From Octopus vulgaris (Eukaryota), in contig OX597842.1 in NCBI GenBank assembly GCA_951406725.2, positions 27,466,001 to 27,530,000 on the forward strand: a stretch of 64,000 nucleotides of DNA. Reading direction: 5' to 3'. Below are positions 38,753 through 52,300 of the stretch, piece by piece (the first letter of the stretch is position 1; every line of letters starts with the position of its first letter). Made by a program: the position numbers and the translations under genes. The notes below the pieces were generated by a model. The model did not search any database and was not told where the DNA came from. It saw nothing but the letters and a program-made list of their open reading frames with translations.

Positions 38753-38933
38753 AAAAATTGTCTCATTAAATAAATGGTTGTTTTTGCATAATAAGAATTT
38801 TTATAGAACCTAATAATCTAGGACGGTAATAAATGATGCCTGTAAACAAAAATAGCCTTTGTTTCTTTACTACCCTCAAGGGGCTAAACAGAGAGGGGAC
38901 AGACAAGGACAAACGGATTAAATTGATTATATC

Positions 38934-39947
38934 GACCCCAGTGTGTAACTGGTACTTAATTTAACGACCCCAGTGAGAAACTGGTAGTTAATTTATTGAC
39001 ACCAGTGTGTAACTGGTACTTAATTTATCGACCCCAGTGTGAAACTGGTAGTCAATTTATTGACACCAGTGCATAACTGGTACTTAATTTAACGACCCCA
39101 GTGAGAAACTGGTAGTTAATTTATTGACACCAGTGCGTAACTGGTACTTAATTTAACGACCCCAGTGAGAAACTGGTAGTTAATTTATTGACACCAGTGC
39201 GTAACTGGTACTTAATTTAACGACCCCAGTGAGAAACTGGTAGTCAATTTATTGACACCAGTGCGTAACTGGTACTTAATTTATCGACCCCAGTGAGAAA
39301 CTGGTAGTTAATTTATTGACACCAGTGTGTAACTGGTACTTAATTTATCGACCCCAGTGAGAAACTGGTAGTCAATTTATTGACACCAGTGCGTAACTGG
39401 TACTTAATTTAACGACCCCAGTGAGAAACTGGTAGTTAATTTATTGACACCAGTGTGTAACTGGTACTTAATTTAACGACCCCAGTGAGAAACTGGTAGT
39501 CAATTTATTGACACCAGTGCGTAACTGGTACTTAATTTATCGACCCCAGTGAGAAACTGGTAGTCAATTTATTGACACCAGTGCGTAACTGGTACCTAAT
39601 TTATCGACCCCAGTGAGAAACTGGTAGTCAATTTATTGACACCAGTGCGTAACTGGTACTTAATTTATCGACCCCAGTGAGAAACTGGTAGTTAATTTAT
39701 TGACACCAGTGTGTAACTGGTACTTAATTTATCGACCCCAGTGTGAAACTGGTAGTCAATTTATTGACACCAGTGCGTAACTGGTACTTATAAATGAGCC
39801 AGTTAATTTATCGACCCCAGTGAGAAACTGGTAGTCAATTTATTGACACCAGTGCGTAACTGGTACTTAATTTATCGACCCCAGTGAGAAACTGGTAGTC
39901 AATTTATTGACACCAGTGTGTAACTGGTACGTAATTTATCGACCCCA
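38934..39947. repeat. 32-bp minisatellite (alternating A/B monomers, 64-bp dimer, about 31 monomers) expanded inside a SINE (about 38870-40060)
   Basis: gaccccagtgagaaactggtagttaatttatt and gacaccagtgcgtaactggtacttaatttatc. Confidence 0.93.
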
Positions 39948-40152
39948 AAAGGATGAAAGGCAAAGTCGACCTCGGCAGAATTTGAACTCAGAACATAACG
40001 GCAGACAAAATACAGCTACGCATTTCACCCGGTGTGCTAATGCTTCTGCCAGCTCGACGTCCTATTGTTTCAATTCATACCATTGGTGGATTAGATTTAT
40101 TTTGGTACAATACATGAAGACAGGTATTATCATCCCGCAGTGGAAAATATCT

Positions 40153-41031
40153 GCGTCCCCAAAGTCCATCCCCTCCTCACCGTAGTGGGGATGCTGGCAA
40201 TGGGCAGTGTCAGAGCTATGCTATCGGGGAACTTCGGTTCCTGGTAGGGCCACAACCCGGGATGCTAGCAATGGGTAGTGTCAGAGCTATGCCGTCGGGA
40301 ACTTCGGTTCCTGGTAGGGCCACCCGAGGCGGATTTGTCTGACACCGTGTGGTATTAGGGCCACAACCCGGGACGCTAGCAATGGGCAGTGTCAGAGCTA
40401 TGCTGTCGGGGAACTTCGGTTCCTGGTAGGGCCAGCTATGCTGTCGGGGAACCGGTTCCTGGTAGGGCCACAACCCGGGATGCTAGCAATGGGTAGTGTC
40501 AGAGCTATGCCGTCGGGAACATCGGTTCCTGGTAGGGCCACCCGAAGCGGATTTGTCTGACACCGAGTGGTATTAGGGCCACAACCCAGGACGCTAGCAA
40601 TGGGCAGTGTCAGAGCTATGCCGTCGGGAACTTCGGTTCCTGGTAGGGCCACCCGAGGCGGATTTGTCTGACACCGAGTGGTATTAGGGCCACAACCCGG
40701 GACGCTAGCAATGAGCAGTGTCAGAGCTATGCCGTCGGGAACATCGGTTCCTGGTAGGGCCACCCGAAGCGGATTTGTCTGACACCGAGTCGTATTAGGG
40801 CCACAACCCGGGACGCTAGCAATGGGCAGTGTCAGAGCTATGCCGTCGGGAACATCGGTTCCTGGTAGGGCCACCCGAAGCGGATTTGTCTGACACCGAG
40901 TCGTATTAGGGCCACAACCCGGGACGCTAGCAATGGGTAGTGTAAGAGCTATGCCGTCGGGAACTTCGGTTCCTGGTAGGGCCACCCGAGGTGGATTTGT
41001 CTGACACTGAATGGTATTAGGGCCACAACCC
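40153..41031 (+). repeat. Second array of the 111-bp RTE 5' UTR repeat (about 8 full or partial units)
   Basis: Same start (gcgtccccaaagtccatcccctcctcaccg) and unit as 30574-31390; a single copy also at 29096-29266. Confidence 0.9.
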
Positions 41032-41565
41032 GGCCCTAATTAGATGAATGAGACACATCACGAAAACGACTGCAAATAGATATTCAAGACGACGACACGG
41101 AAAGCAAAGACCCTGCAATAACAGAAATACTTAAAGATATACATCAATGGAAATAGTAGTTGTGATACCGATCGTGGCCGTTTGCCAACCTCGTCTGGCA
41201 CCTGTGCTGGTGGCACGTAAAAAGCACCCACTACACTCTCGGAGTGGTTGGCGTTAGGAAGGGCATCCAGCTGTAGAAACACTGCCAGATCAGACTGGGC
41301 CCCTGGTGCAGCCCTTCTGGCTTCCCAGACCCCAGTTGAACCGTCCAACCCATGCTAGCATGGAAAACGGACCTTAAACGATGATGATGATGATGATGAT
41401 GATACCTACATCATTTGAAGATGATTGTCATGAACTCCATGGTAGTACACAAGTATCCCCTTTTTTATAGCCCCCCCCCCCCCCACATGTAGACTAGATC
41501 CAAATTAAGAAGGACAACACTGCATAAAAGATCAACACAGGAATTTGGCACTGATTATTTTTATG

Positions 41566-42240
41566 GGATCTTTTCCGTTTGACCGGCAGTTTTTTAAAAT
41601 AATTTCCACGTAACTAAACACTTTTAAACTTCGTATACTGGTAGAATGTGTTTATAAAACATCTTTTTCTCTTGGCTTTATTGAGAAAAGTCTATAGTTT
41701 GTAACATATTTGTTGTTTTTTGTTTCTTCAATTTCTGCAATTTCAGCCAATCAATGACGTCTATTGAGGTAAAAAAAAAACATTCTGTGCCGTATGAATA
41801 TGTCCCTCGTTTAAGAAATAGGATCTTTTCTGTTTGAACGGCAGATTTTTAAAATAATTTCCACGTAACTAAACACTTTTAAACTTCGTATACTGGTAGA
41901 ATGTGTTTATAAAACATCTTTTTCTCTTGGCTTTATTGAAAAAATTCTATAGTTTGTTTGATATTTGTTGTTTTTTTTTCTTCAATTTCTGCAATTTCAA
42001 CCAATCAATCACATCTGTTGATGTAAAAAATCATTCTGCACCGTATGAATATGTCCCTCATTTAAGAAATAGGATCTTTGCGGTTTGACCGGCAGTTTTT
42101 TAAATTAATTTCCACGTAACTAAACATTTTTAAACTTCGTATTCTGGTAGAATGTGTTTATAAAACATCATTTTTTTCTTGGCTTTATTGAGAAAATTCT
42201 ATAGTTTGTAAGATATTTCGTCTGAAAATCCAAGCATTTT
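41566..42240. mobile_element. Tandem partial copies (about 250 bp) of the Merlin-type MITE; similar arrays at 47490-48610 and 56360-57040
   Basis: Repeated TIR ggatcttttc(g/t)gtttga(a/c)cggcag followed by the same internal sequence. Confidence 0.8.
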
Positions 42241-43443
42241 GGCAATTTTAACCAATCGATTACCTCCATTGAACTAAAATCATTTGCTGCATCTAAAACT
42301 GAAACAACATCCTGTAACTAACCCTAACCCTAATTTTTTTTTCTTAATTGTTAATTGTTTAAATTATTTGAGGGTTAGTGACAGGATGTTGTCTCAGTTT
42401 TAGACGCAGCAAATGATTTTAGCTCAAAAGAGAGCACAGGATTTAGTATTTCTAAATTGAATTTTTCCCTGTAAGTTAGGAATAATGTTCCCTCAAATTA
42501 TTATTATTATTATATATATATATAGAGAGAGAGAAACAAATACTGGCACATTTTTTTGAGGGGATATCAACTCATTTGTCAGCATATTTCTGTTGAAATA
42601 CATTGCCACAGTTTCAACTAATTAAAAAAAAAATGTAATTGTGAAAAATAATTTTGTCATTATTAAGCTGGTGTAATTAACAAATTAGTTTGAATTTTGG
42701 GCAATTTAAAAAAAAAAAAACTTGAAAAAAAAAACAATGAATTTGTATCGTAGAACCAAGATGGGGATGTAGGTATCAAAATTAATTAAACCAAACTGTT
42801 AATTAATAGAGTTAAAATTTTCATTAATGACTTAACTTTGGAAATCGTTATTGGACTAATCAACTTTTGTTATATTTAACTCCTTTGTTTTAGTCATTTG
42901 TCTGCGGCCATGCTGGAGCACCGCCTTTAAGCGAGCACATCGACCCCGGGACTTATTCTTTGTAAGCCCAGTACTTATTCTATCGGTCACTTTTGCCGAA
43001 CCGCTAAGTCACGGGGACGAAAACACACCAGCATCGGTTGTCAAGTGATGTTGCGGGGACAAACAGACACACAAACATATACACGCACATACATATATAT
43101 GACGGGCTTCTTTCAGTTTCCATCTACCAAATCCACTCACAAGGCTTTGGTCGGCCCAAGGGTATAGTAGAAGACACTCGCTCAAGGTGTCACGCAGTGG
43201 GACTGAACCCGGAACCATGTGGTTCGTAAGCAAGCTACTTAACACACAGCCACTCCTGCACCTATATGAGTCTGTTAATTAAAGTCAACTTGAGTTTACT
43301 TATGTTAACTTCAATTTAATTGAAGTTAATGGATTTAATAGTTTTGGTACTTTTATAAAGGTGTTTTTAGGTGGGGTTTTTTTGAGCAAAAACGTATTTT
43401 TCGTTTTTTCTATAATATAAATGACGTTAACAATTTATTGATA

Positions 43444-45310
43444 ACTAGCAGTATCGCCCGGCGTTGCTCGGGTTTGTAAGGGAAATAACTATATAAGCAT
43501 TTTTAGAGAGTTACTTCCCTTATATAAACCGAGCAAAAAATGCATTAAAAATGCGGAAAAATGATGCTAAATTATTTTTTAAATCGTAGACTCATTGTAG
43601 ACGTGCGCTAATATTAGGCTGTTAAGAAAGGAGACAATAATTTTGGAAGGTATGGTGGGGAAAAAAAAAAAAAAAAAAAAAAAAAAAAACAAGAAAAAAA
43701 TGTGGTGAAATTTGAAACCAGACCGTTTAGTTTTACATATGAGACAAGACAGAACTATCTGCTGCTTTCTGGAAGGTCCCATTATCACACAGAAAGACAA
43801 CTATCGGCATTTTGGTCTTTCACATCAGGAACAGCGATTTGGTTGAGGAAATCTTTTAGGGTCAGAAAGAGCAGGTCACCGGCAGTTTCTGAAATGACAA
43901 GAATATAATACAAAATATTGACTTTTCTTTTAATTTGCCACCAGTGTGAAGGACGGACAGTGGGGCCAACAGAAAGTGTTAGGGTTTACATATAATGAAA
44001 TGAGAAAAGAATTATACACAGGCATGACATCTTGAGCAAGTGTCTTCTGCTATAGCCTCGGGCCGACCAATGCCTTGTGAGTGGATTTGGTAGACGGAAA
44101 CTGAAAGAAGCCTGTCGTATATATGTATATGTGTGTGTGTTTGTCCCCCTAGCATTGCTTGACAACTGGTGCTGGTGTGTTTACATCCCCGTCACTTAGC
44201 AGTTCAGCAAAATAGACCGACAGAATAAGTACTTGGCTTACAAAGAATAAGTCCCGGGGTCGATTTGCTCGACTAAAGGCGGTGCTCCAGCATGGCTGCA
44301 GTCAAATGACTGAAACAAGTAAAAGAGTAAAGAGTAAGAGAGAGGCATGACAGTGTGGTAACATGCTTGCTTCCCAACCACATGGTTCCGGGTTCAGTCC
44401 CACTACGTGGCACCTTGGGCAAGTGTCTTCTACTATAGCCTCAGGCCGACCAAAAGCCTTGTTAGTGGATTTGGTAGACGGAAACTGAAAGATGCTCATC
44501 ATATATATACATACTAGCAGCATAGTATGTATGAGCCCCTAGAAGGCAACAACTAATCCCAATCTAGTCCTTTCCCCCTAGGGAACGAAGGTGCATGTGT
44601 AGGTTGCAATGTCTTCTCTTCACTCGAATACTTCTGTGTATACGATGTTCCTAGCTGTCCTTTGGGCGAAAACATGAAAATATCATTGCGCCTCCCAAGA
44701 GAGTTAAAAAGGTCGAGTTGCGTCCCCTAGACAGTCTGTGGTTTGTGTTTAATACACAAATCGGTTTGCTATGTGTGCCACATATGATTTAATTAACCGA
44801 TTTTTTCCAGTAATAAAGTATCCTATTGGAATAAAAAGGGTCATATAGCTCCTTGGAGCAGACATGATGCTCGCTGTGAATTTAAAAAAAAATTCCTGCC
44901 AATTTGTGAAAGATATTGTCGAAAATATGTCATCTTGAATTTGAACGCGATTTCCCAAAATGGCATGATTTTATCGATTTTTTCTGATGGTAAGGTATTG
45001 CATGGAAAACTAACGTCAGAATTAAGTTTCTTAGGGTAACATTAAGCTTCACCATGAGTTTGGTGAAAATCGATTGCAAGTTGCGAAAACTACAACAGAA
45101 AATGTGTTGCATATAATAAGCTTAGATTCTTGACCCCATGTCGAATTTATTATTTTTTTTCAGAACTGGGAGAACTTTTCAAAATTTTCGCTGCGTTAGT
45201 TTTGAATTATGACATTGGGCTATGTGTGTGTCAAGTTTCATCAGAATCAGTTGAAAGCCATAGTCAGAGTGAGGGTACAACCTGACAGACACACAGACAG
45301 ACAAACTGCC

Positions 45311-45320
<10 letters not shown>
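43444..45320 (+). mobile_element. Helitron/Helentron-like non-autonomous element fragments (43444-43610 and 44513-45320)
   Basis: actagcagtatcgcccggcgttgctcggg-type start and (acag)n...tttatatat end typical of DINE/HINE-like elements; family assignment from recall. Confidence 0.4.
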
Positions 45321-45360
<40 letters not shown>

Positions 45361-46641
45361 TCATCGTTTAACATCCGTTTTCCATGTTAGCATGGATTGG
45401 ACGGTTCGACCGGGGTCTGGGAAGCCAGGAGGCTGCACCAGGCTCCAGTCTGATCTGGCAGTGTTTCTATAGCTGGATGCCCTTCCTAACGCCAACCACT
45501 CTGAGGGTGTAGTGGGTGCTTTTTACGTGCCACCAGCACAGAAGCCAGCACTGGCATTGGCCACGTTTGGATGGCGCTTTTTACGTGCCACCGGCACAGG
45601 TATCACAACTACAATTATATAAAGTGGAGGACAAACTTTCATTGGTCACATTCTTTTATGAAATTCATATATGGCATCAGACTAATCTTAAACTGTGAGA
45701 ATACCACATTGTCACCCATAATTATGACCCGAGTATCGATCTATTGCATTTCAATCTGTTTTAGGGTTAGGGGTGGGGGGGAAGGGTATCTTTTTTTCTT
45801 CAGAAATGTAAATAAACCCAATCTGTTTCTTAAACGAGGGACATATTCATACGGCACAGAATGTTTTTTTTACCTCAATAGACGTCATTGATTGGTTGAA
45901 TACAGACTGGTCAACAGAAGCGGACCAATTATTCTTCATGACCACATGTTTCACTAATATCAATCTTATCGAGTGGCCAGCATGGGAATAAAAAACCTTA
46001 CAAAGGTAATAATTATTTAAAACTATAAATTAGAGTATCTGAGAGAGACCACCATGCTGAAATAGCAGTCAAAACCCTGACCCTAAAAACACCTTTTGCA
46101 AGATTAGTTCTCTCCTAGCGTTATAGGAACATTTAAGGTGGTTTTAGGGTCAGGGTTTTGACTGCTATTTCAGCATGGTGGTATCTCTCAGATTCCCAAA
46201 TATTGACTCTCCCTCTCTTTTACTCTATTACCTGTTTCAGTCATTTGACTGCGGCCATGCTGGAGCACCGCCTTTAGTTGAGCAACTCGACCCCGGGACT
46301 TATTCTTTTTGTAAGCCCAGTACTTATTCTATCGGTCTCTTTTGCCGAACCGCTAAGTGACGGGGACGTAAGCACACCAGCATCGGTTGTCAAGCAATGC
46401 TAGGGGAACAAACACAGACACACAAACACACACACATACATATATATATACATATATACGACAGGCTTCTTTCAGTTTCCGTCTACCAAATCCACTCACA
46501 AGGCATTGGTCGGCCCGGGGCTATAGCAGAAGACACTTGCCCAAGATGCCACGCAGTGGGACTGAATCCGGAACCATGTGGTTGGTTAGCAAGCTACTTA
46601 CCACACAGCCACTCCTGCGCCTATGTATATATAGAAATTTA

Positions 46642-47058
46642 GGATCTTTTCGGTTTGAACGGCAGTTTTTTCTAGTGGTGTCATATGAAATTGTCACCCA
46701 TAATTATGACCCTAGTATCGATCTATTGCATTTCAATGTTTTAGGGTTAGGGGTGGGGGAAGGATATCTTTTTTTCTTCAGAAATGTAAATAAACCCAAT
46801 CTGTTTCTTAAACGAGGGACATATTCATACGGCACAGAATGTTTTTGTTTTTTTACCTCAATAGACGTCATTGATTGGTTGAAATTGCAGAAATTGAAGA
46901 AAAAGAAACAACAAATATCTTACAAACTATAGAATTTTCTCAATAAAGCCAAGAGAAAAAGATGTTTTATAAACACATTCTACCAGTATACGAAGTTTAA
47001 AAGTGTTTAGTTACGTGGAAATTATGTTAAAAAACTGCCGGTCAAACCGAAAAAATCC
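46642..47058. mobile_element. Complete Merlin-type MITE (417 bp)
   Basis: About 29-bp TIRs GGATCTTTTCGGTTTGAACGGCAGTTTTT / AAAAACTGCCGGTCAAACCGAAAAAATCC; 8-bp TSD gaaattta/gaaatttg. Confidence 0.8.
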
Positions 47059-49068
47059 GAAATTTGTAGTACCTACTTAGAATTAAGTAGTTCAAACTAT
47101 CCCTTTGTTTAATTTTATTTATCTCCAGCTGTCCCTTCCGGAATCCGTGGACACTTTATTTCTATCCGGTTATTCGTGTTTGGAAATACTTTAAATATTT
47201 CTTTCATCTCCTTTTACTTTCCTGTTTTGATAACATTAAGGATGGTCCAAATGGCAAAACAAATCCAGCATCTCAGTTGATAACATACAAATAAATCATC
47301 ATCATCATTGTTTAACGTCCGCTTTCCATGCTAGCATGGGTCGGACGATTTTGACTGAGGGCTGAGAAGACAGATCGATAGAGAGAGACAAATAAATAGA
47401 GATAGATAAATAGATAGGTCTTCCTGGGGCTATAAACAACAATAACACAGTCTTCTATAGGATCGCCACATTCAGTTGAGAAATATAATTTGTAAGATAT
47501 TTGTTGTTTTTGTTTCTTCAATTTCTGCAATTTCAACCAATCAATGGCGTCTATTGAGGTGAAGACGTTCTGTGCCATATGAATATGTCCCTCGTTTAAG
47601 AAAGAGGATCTTTTCGGTTTGAACGGCAGCTTTTTAAAATAATTTCCATGTAACTAAACACTTTTAAACTTCGTATACTGGTAGAATGTGTTTATAAAAC
47701 ATCTTTTTCTCTTGGCTTTATTGAGAAAATTCTATGGTTTGTAAGATATTTGTTGTTTTTGTTTCTTCAATTTCTGCAATTTCAGCCAATCAATGACGTC
47801 TATTGAGGTAAAAAAAAACATTCTGTGCCGTATGAATATGTCCCTCGTTTAAGAAATAGGATCTTTTCTGTTTGAACGGCAGATTTTTAAAATAATTTCC
47901 ACGTAACTAAACACTTTTAAACTTCGTATACTGGTAGAATGTGTTTATAAAACATCTTTTTCTCTTGGCTTTATTGAGAAAATTCTATAGTTTGTAAGAT
48001 ATTTGGGTCTTTTCGGTTTGACCGGCAGTTTTTTAACATAATTTCCACGTAACTAAACACTTTTAAACTTCGTATACTGGTAGAATGTGTTTATAAAACA
48101 TCTTTTTCTCTTGGCTTTATTGAGAAAATTCTATGGTTTGTAAGATATTTGTTGTTTTTTGTTTCTTCAATTTCTGCAATTTCAGCCAATCAATGACGTC
48201 TATTGAGGTAAAAAAAAACATTCTGTGCCGTATGAATATGTCCCTCGTTTAAGAAATAGGATCTTTTCGGTTTGAACGGCAGATTTTTAAAATAATTTCC
48301 ACGTAACTAAACACTTTTAAACTTCGTAATTATGGGTGGCAATTTCATATGACCCCATTAAAAAAAAACTGCCGTTCAAACCGAAAAGATCCGGTTTCTG
48401 TAGAAAAAAAAAATCCCCCGAAGATGGGTGTGGTCCATCTCCTTGCGCGTCGGGTCCACTTTTCTGTTTGACCGGCAGCTTTTTAAAATAATTTCCACCT
48501 AACTAAACACTTTTAAACTTCGTATACTGGTAGAATGTATCATAATTATGGGTGACAATTTCATATGACCCCATTAAAACAAACTGCCGTTCAAACCGAA
48601 AAGATCCGGTTTCTGTACAAAAAAAATCCCCCGAAGATGGGTGTGGTCCATCTCCTTTACCTTTGCCGCAATCCGATGAAATTTTAGGCAAGGTCTGCGC
48701 ATCGGGTCCACTCTTCTTGAGTAGTACCAAATGTTTTCTTAATAGACTGCTTCTGTCCTTTAGGATTTAGGCAACGATACATTCAACCCTCTCTCGTCCA
48801 CTGCGCACATTTAAAAGCTTTCTCTACGTAACCCACCGCGAGTCCTTAAAAAATATATCGACCAGCTTTTCAGGATCGTTCACAATACCAGTAATTATAA
48901 ATAACCCAAGTCGGTCCCCTTATAGCGTTAACATTTCAGGGCCCTTGTATCCCACTAGTCCCTAATTTGCCCTTAAATCACACTAAAAAAAGGTTTTTCG
49001 AATGTTTTCCACACGCGGGTAACCATACGATTATGCAAAAAACCAAAGCAAGGTACTACTTAAGAACA

Positions 49069-49312
49069 GAGGTCCCGGTGCGCGCACTCGGGCTAGCTAG
49101 TCGTGACTAATCGATCCTACGACTACCTTGCAAAGTAAATAGAGCACAAAATAAATAATTTTTTCACACAAAGTAAATAATTTTTGTTGAACAAGGCAAA
49201 TAAAACACAAAATAATTTTTTAAACAAAGTAAATAACACGCAAAAACACAAAGTAAGGATCGACTAGTCATGACTAGCTAGGGCGGATGTGCGAGTACGC
49301 GCACCAGGACTC
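49069..49312. mobile_element. MITE-like element with about 55-bp imperfect TIRs abutting the 63-bp satellite
   Basis: gtcccggtgcgcgcactcg..ctagctagtcgtgactaatcgatcct versus aggatcgactagtcatgactagctag..cgagtacgcgcaccaggac. Confidence 0.7.
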
Positions 49313-52300
49313 AAAGCAATACTTTCTTTGTGTGATTTAAAGTCGATTTAGCTGTTATTTCTAGCACATCTCATACCCCAAAGCAGTACTTTGTGATTTA
49401 AAGTCGATTTAGCTGTTATTTCTAGCACATCTCAGACCCCAAAGCAATACTTTGTGTGATTTAAAGTCGATTTAGCTGTTATTTTTAGCACATCTCATAC
49501 CCCAAAGCAATACTTTGTATGATTTAAAGTCGATTTAGCTGTTATTTCTAGCACATCTCATACCCCAAGGCAATACTTTGTATGATTTAAAGTCGATTTA
49601 GCTGTTATTTTTAGCACATCTCATACCCCAAAGCAATACTTTGTGTGATTTAAAGTCAATTTAGCTGTTATTTCTAGCACATCTCATACCCCAAAGCAAT
49701 ACTTTGTATGATTTAAAGTCGATTTAGCTGTTATTTCTAGCACATCTCATACCCCAAAGCAGTACTTTGTGTGATTTAAAGTCGATTTAGCTGTTATTTC
49801 TAGCACATCTCATACCCCAAAGCAGTACTTTGTGTGATTTAAAGTCGATTTAGCTGTTATTTTTAGCACATCTCATACCCCAAAGCAGTACTTTGTGTGA
49901 TTTAAAGTCAATTTAGCTGTTATTTCTAGCACATCTCATACCCCAAAGCAGTACTTTGTGTGATTTAAAGTCGATTTAGCTGTTATTTCTAGCACATCTC
50001 ATACCCCAAAGCAGTACTTTGTGTGATTTAAAGTCGATTTAGCTGTTATTTTTAGCACATCTCATACCCCAAAGCAGTACTTTGTGTGATTTAAAGTCAA
50101 TTTAGCTGTTATTTCTAGCACATCTCATACCCCAAAGCAGTACTTTGTGTGATTTAAAGTCGATTTAGCTGTTATTTCTAGCACATCTCATACCCCAAAG
50201 CAGTACTTTGTGTGATTTAAAGTCAATTTAGCTGTTATTTCTAGCACATCTCATACCCCAAAGCAGTACTTTGTGTGATTTAAAGTCAATTTAGCTGTTA
50301 TTTCTAGCACATCTCATACCCCAAAGCAGTACTTTGTGTGATTTAAAGTCAATTTAGCTGTTATTTCTAGCACATCTCATACCCCAAAGCAGTACTTTGT
50401 GTGATTTAAAGTCGATTTAGCTGTTATTTTTAGCACATCTCATACCCCAAAGCAGTACTTTGTGTGATTTAAAGTCGATTTAGCTGTTATTTCTAGCACA
50501 TCTCATACCCCAAAGCAGTACTTTGTGTGATTTAAAGTCGATTTAGCTGTTATTTTTAGCACATCTCATACCCCAAGGCAGTACTTTGTGTGATTTAAAG
50601 TCAATTTAGCTGTTATTTCTAGCACATCTCATACCCCAAAGCAGTACTTTGTGTGATTTAAAGTCAATTTAGCTGTTATTTCTAGCACATCTCATACCCC
50701 AAAGCAATACTTTGTGTGATTTAAAGTCAATTTAGCTGTTATTTCTAGCACATCTCATACCCCAAAGCAATACTTTGTATGATTTAAAGTCGATTTAGCT
50801 GTTATTTCTAGCACATCTCATACCCCAAAGCAGTACTTTGTGTGATTTAAAGTCGATTTAGCTGTTATTTCTAGCACATCTCATACCCCAAAGCAGTACT
50901 TTGTGTGATTTAAAGTCGATTTAGCTGTTATTTTTAGCACATCTCATACCCCAAAGCAGTACTTTGTGTGATTTAAAGTCAATTTAGCTGTTATTTCTAG
51001 CACATCTCATACCCCAAAGCAGTACTTTGTGTGATTTAAAGTCGATTTAGCTGTTATTTCTAGCACATCTCATACCCCAAAGCAGTACTTTGTGTGATTT
51101 AAAGTCGATTTAGCTGTTATTTTTAGCACATCTCATACCCCAAAGCAGTACTTTGTGTGATTTAAAGTCAATTTAGCTGTTATTTCTAGCACATCTCATA
51201 CCCCAAACCAGTACTTTGTGTGATTTAAAGTCGATTTAGCTGTTATTTCTAGCACATCTCATACCCCAAAGCAGTACTTTGTGTGATTTAAAGTCAATTT
51301 AGCTGTTATTTCTAGCACATCTCATACCCCAAAGCAGTACTTTGTGTGATTTAAAGTCAATTTAGCTGTTATTTCTAGCACATCTCATACCCCAAAGCAG
51401 TACTTTGTGTGATTTAAAGTCAATTTAGCTGTTATTTCTAGCACATCTCATACCCCAAAGCAGTACTTTGTGTGATTTAAAGTCGATTTAGCTGTTATTT
51501 TTAGCACATCTCATACCCCAAAGCAGTACTTTGTGTGATTTAAAGTCGATTTAGCTGTTATTTCTAGGTGTGTATGTATCTATGTATGTGTGTGTGATTT
51601 AAAGTCAATTTAGCTGTTATTTCTAGCACATCTCATACCCCAAAGCAGTACTTTGTGTGATTTAAAGTCAATTTAGCTGTTATTTCTAGCACATCTCATA
51701 CCCCAAAGCAGTACTTTGTGTGATTTAAAGTCAATTTAGCTGTTATTTCTAGCACATCTCATACCCCAAAGCAGTACTTTGTGTGATTTAAAGTCAATTT
51801 AGCTGTTATTTCTAGCACATCTCATACCCCAAAGCAGTACTTTGTGTGATTTAAAGTCAATTTAGCTGTTATTTCTAGCACATCTCATACCCCAAAGCAG
51901 TACTTTGTGTGATTTAAAGTCAATTTAGCTGTTATTTCTAGCACATCTCATACCCCAAAGCAGTACTTTGTGTGATTTAAAGTCAATTTAGCTGTTATTT
52001 CTAGCACATCTCATACCCCAAAGCAGTACTTTGTGTGATTTAAAGTCAATTTAGCTGTTATTTTTAGCACATCTCATACCCCAAAGCAGTACTTTGTGTG
52101 ATTTAAAGTCAATTTAGCTGTTATTTCTAGCACATCTCATACCCCAAAGCAGTACTTTGTGTGATTTAAAGTCAATTTAGCTGTTATTTCTAGCACATCT
52201 CATACCCCAAAGCAGTACTTTGTGTGATTTAAAGTCAATTTAGCTGTTATTTCTAGCACATCTCATACCCCAAAGCAGTACTTTGTGTGATTTAAAGTCA

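Noticed and set aside
38934-39947. 32-bp palindromic repeats resembling a CRISPR array
   Set aside because: No unique spacers; it is a pure tandem dimer inside a SINE.
40398-40985. 195-aa minus-strand ORF of 37-aa repeats (also 30771-31289)
   Set aside because: Open only because the 111-bp unit is a multiple of 3 with one stop-free frame; it is antisense to an RTE 5' UTR and broken by indels elsewhere.
47070-47430. Possible additional minus-strand exon (acceptor gttgtttatag near 47430, donor near 47072)
   Set aside because: Donor is weak and the segment is interrupted by a SINE fragment, so it was not included in the model.
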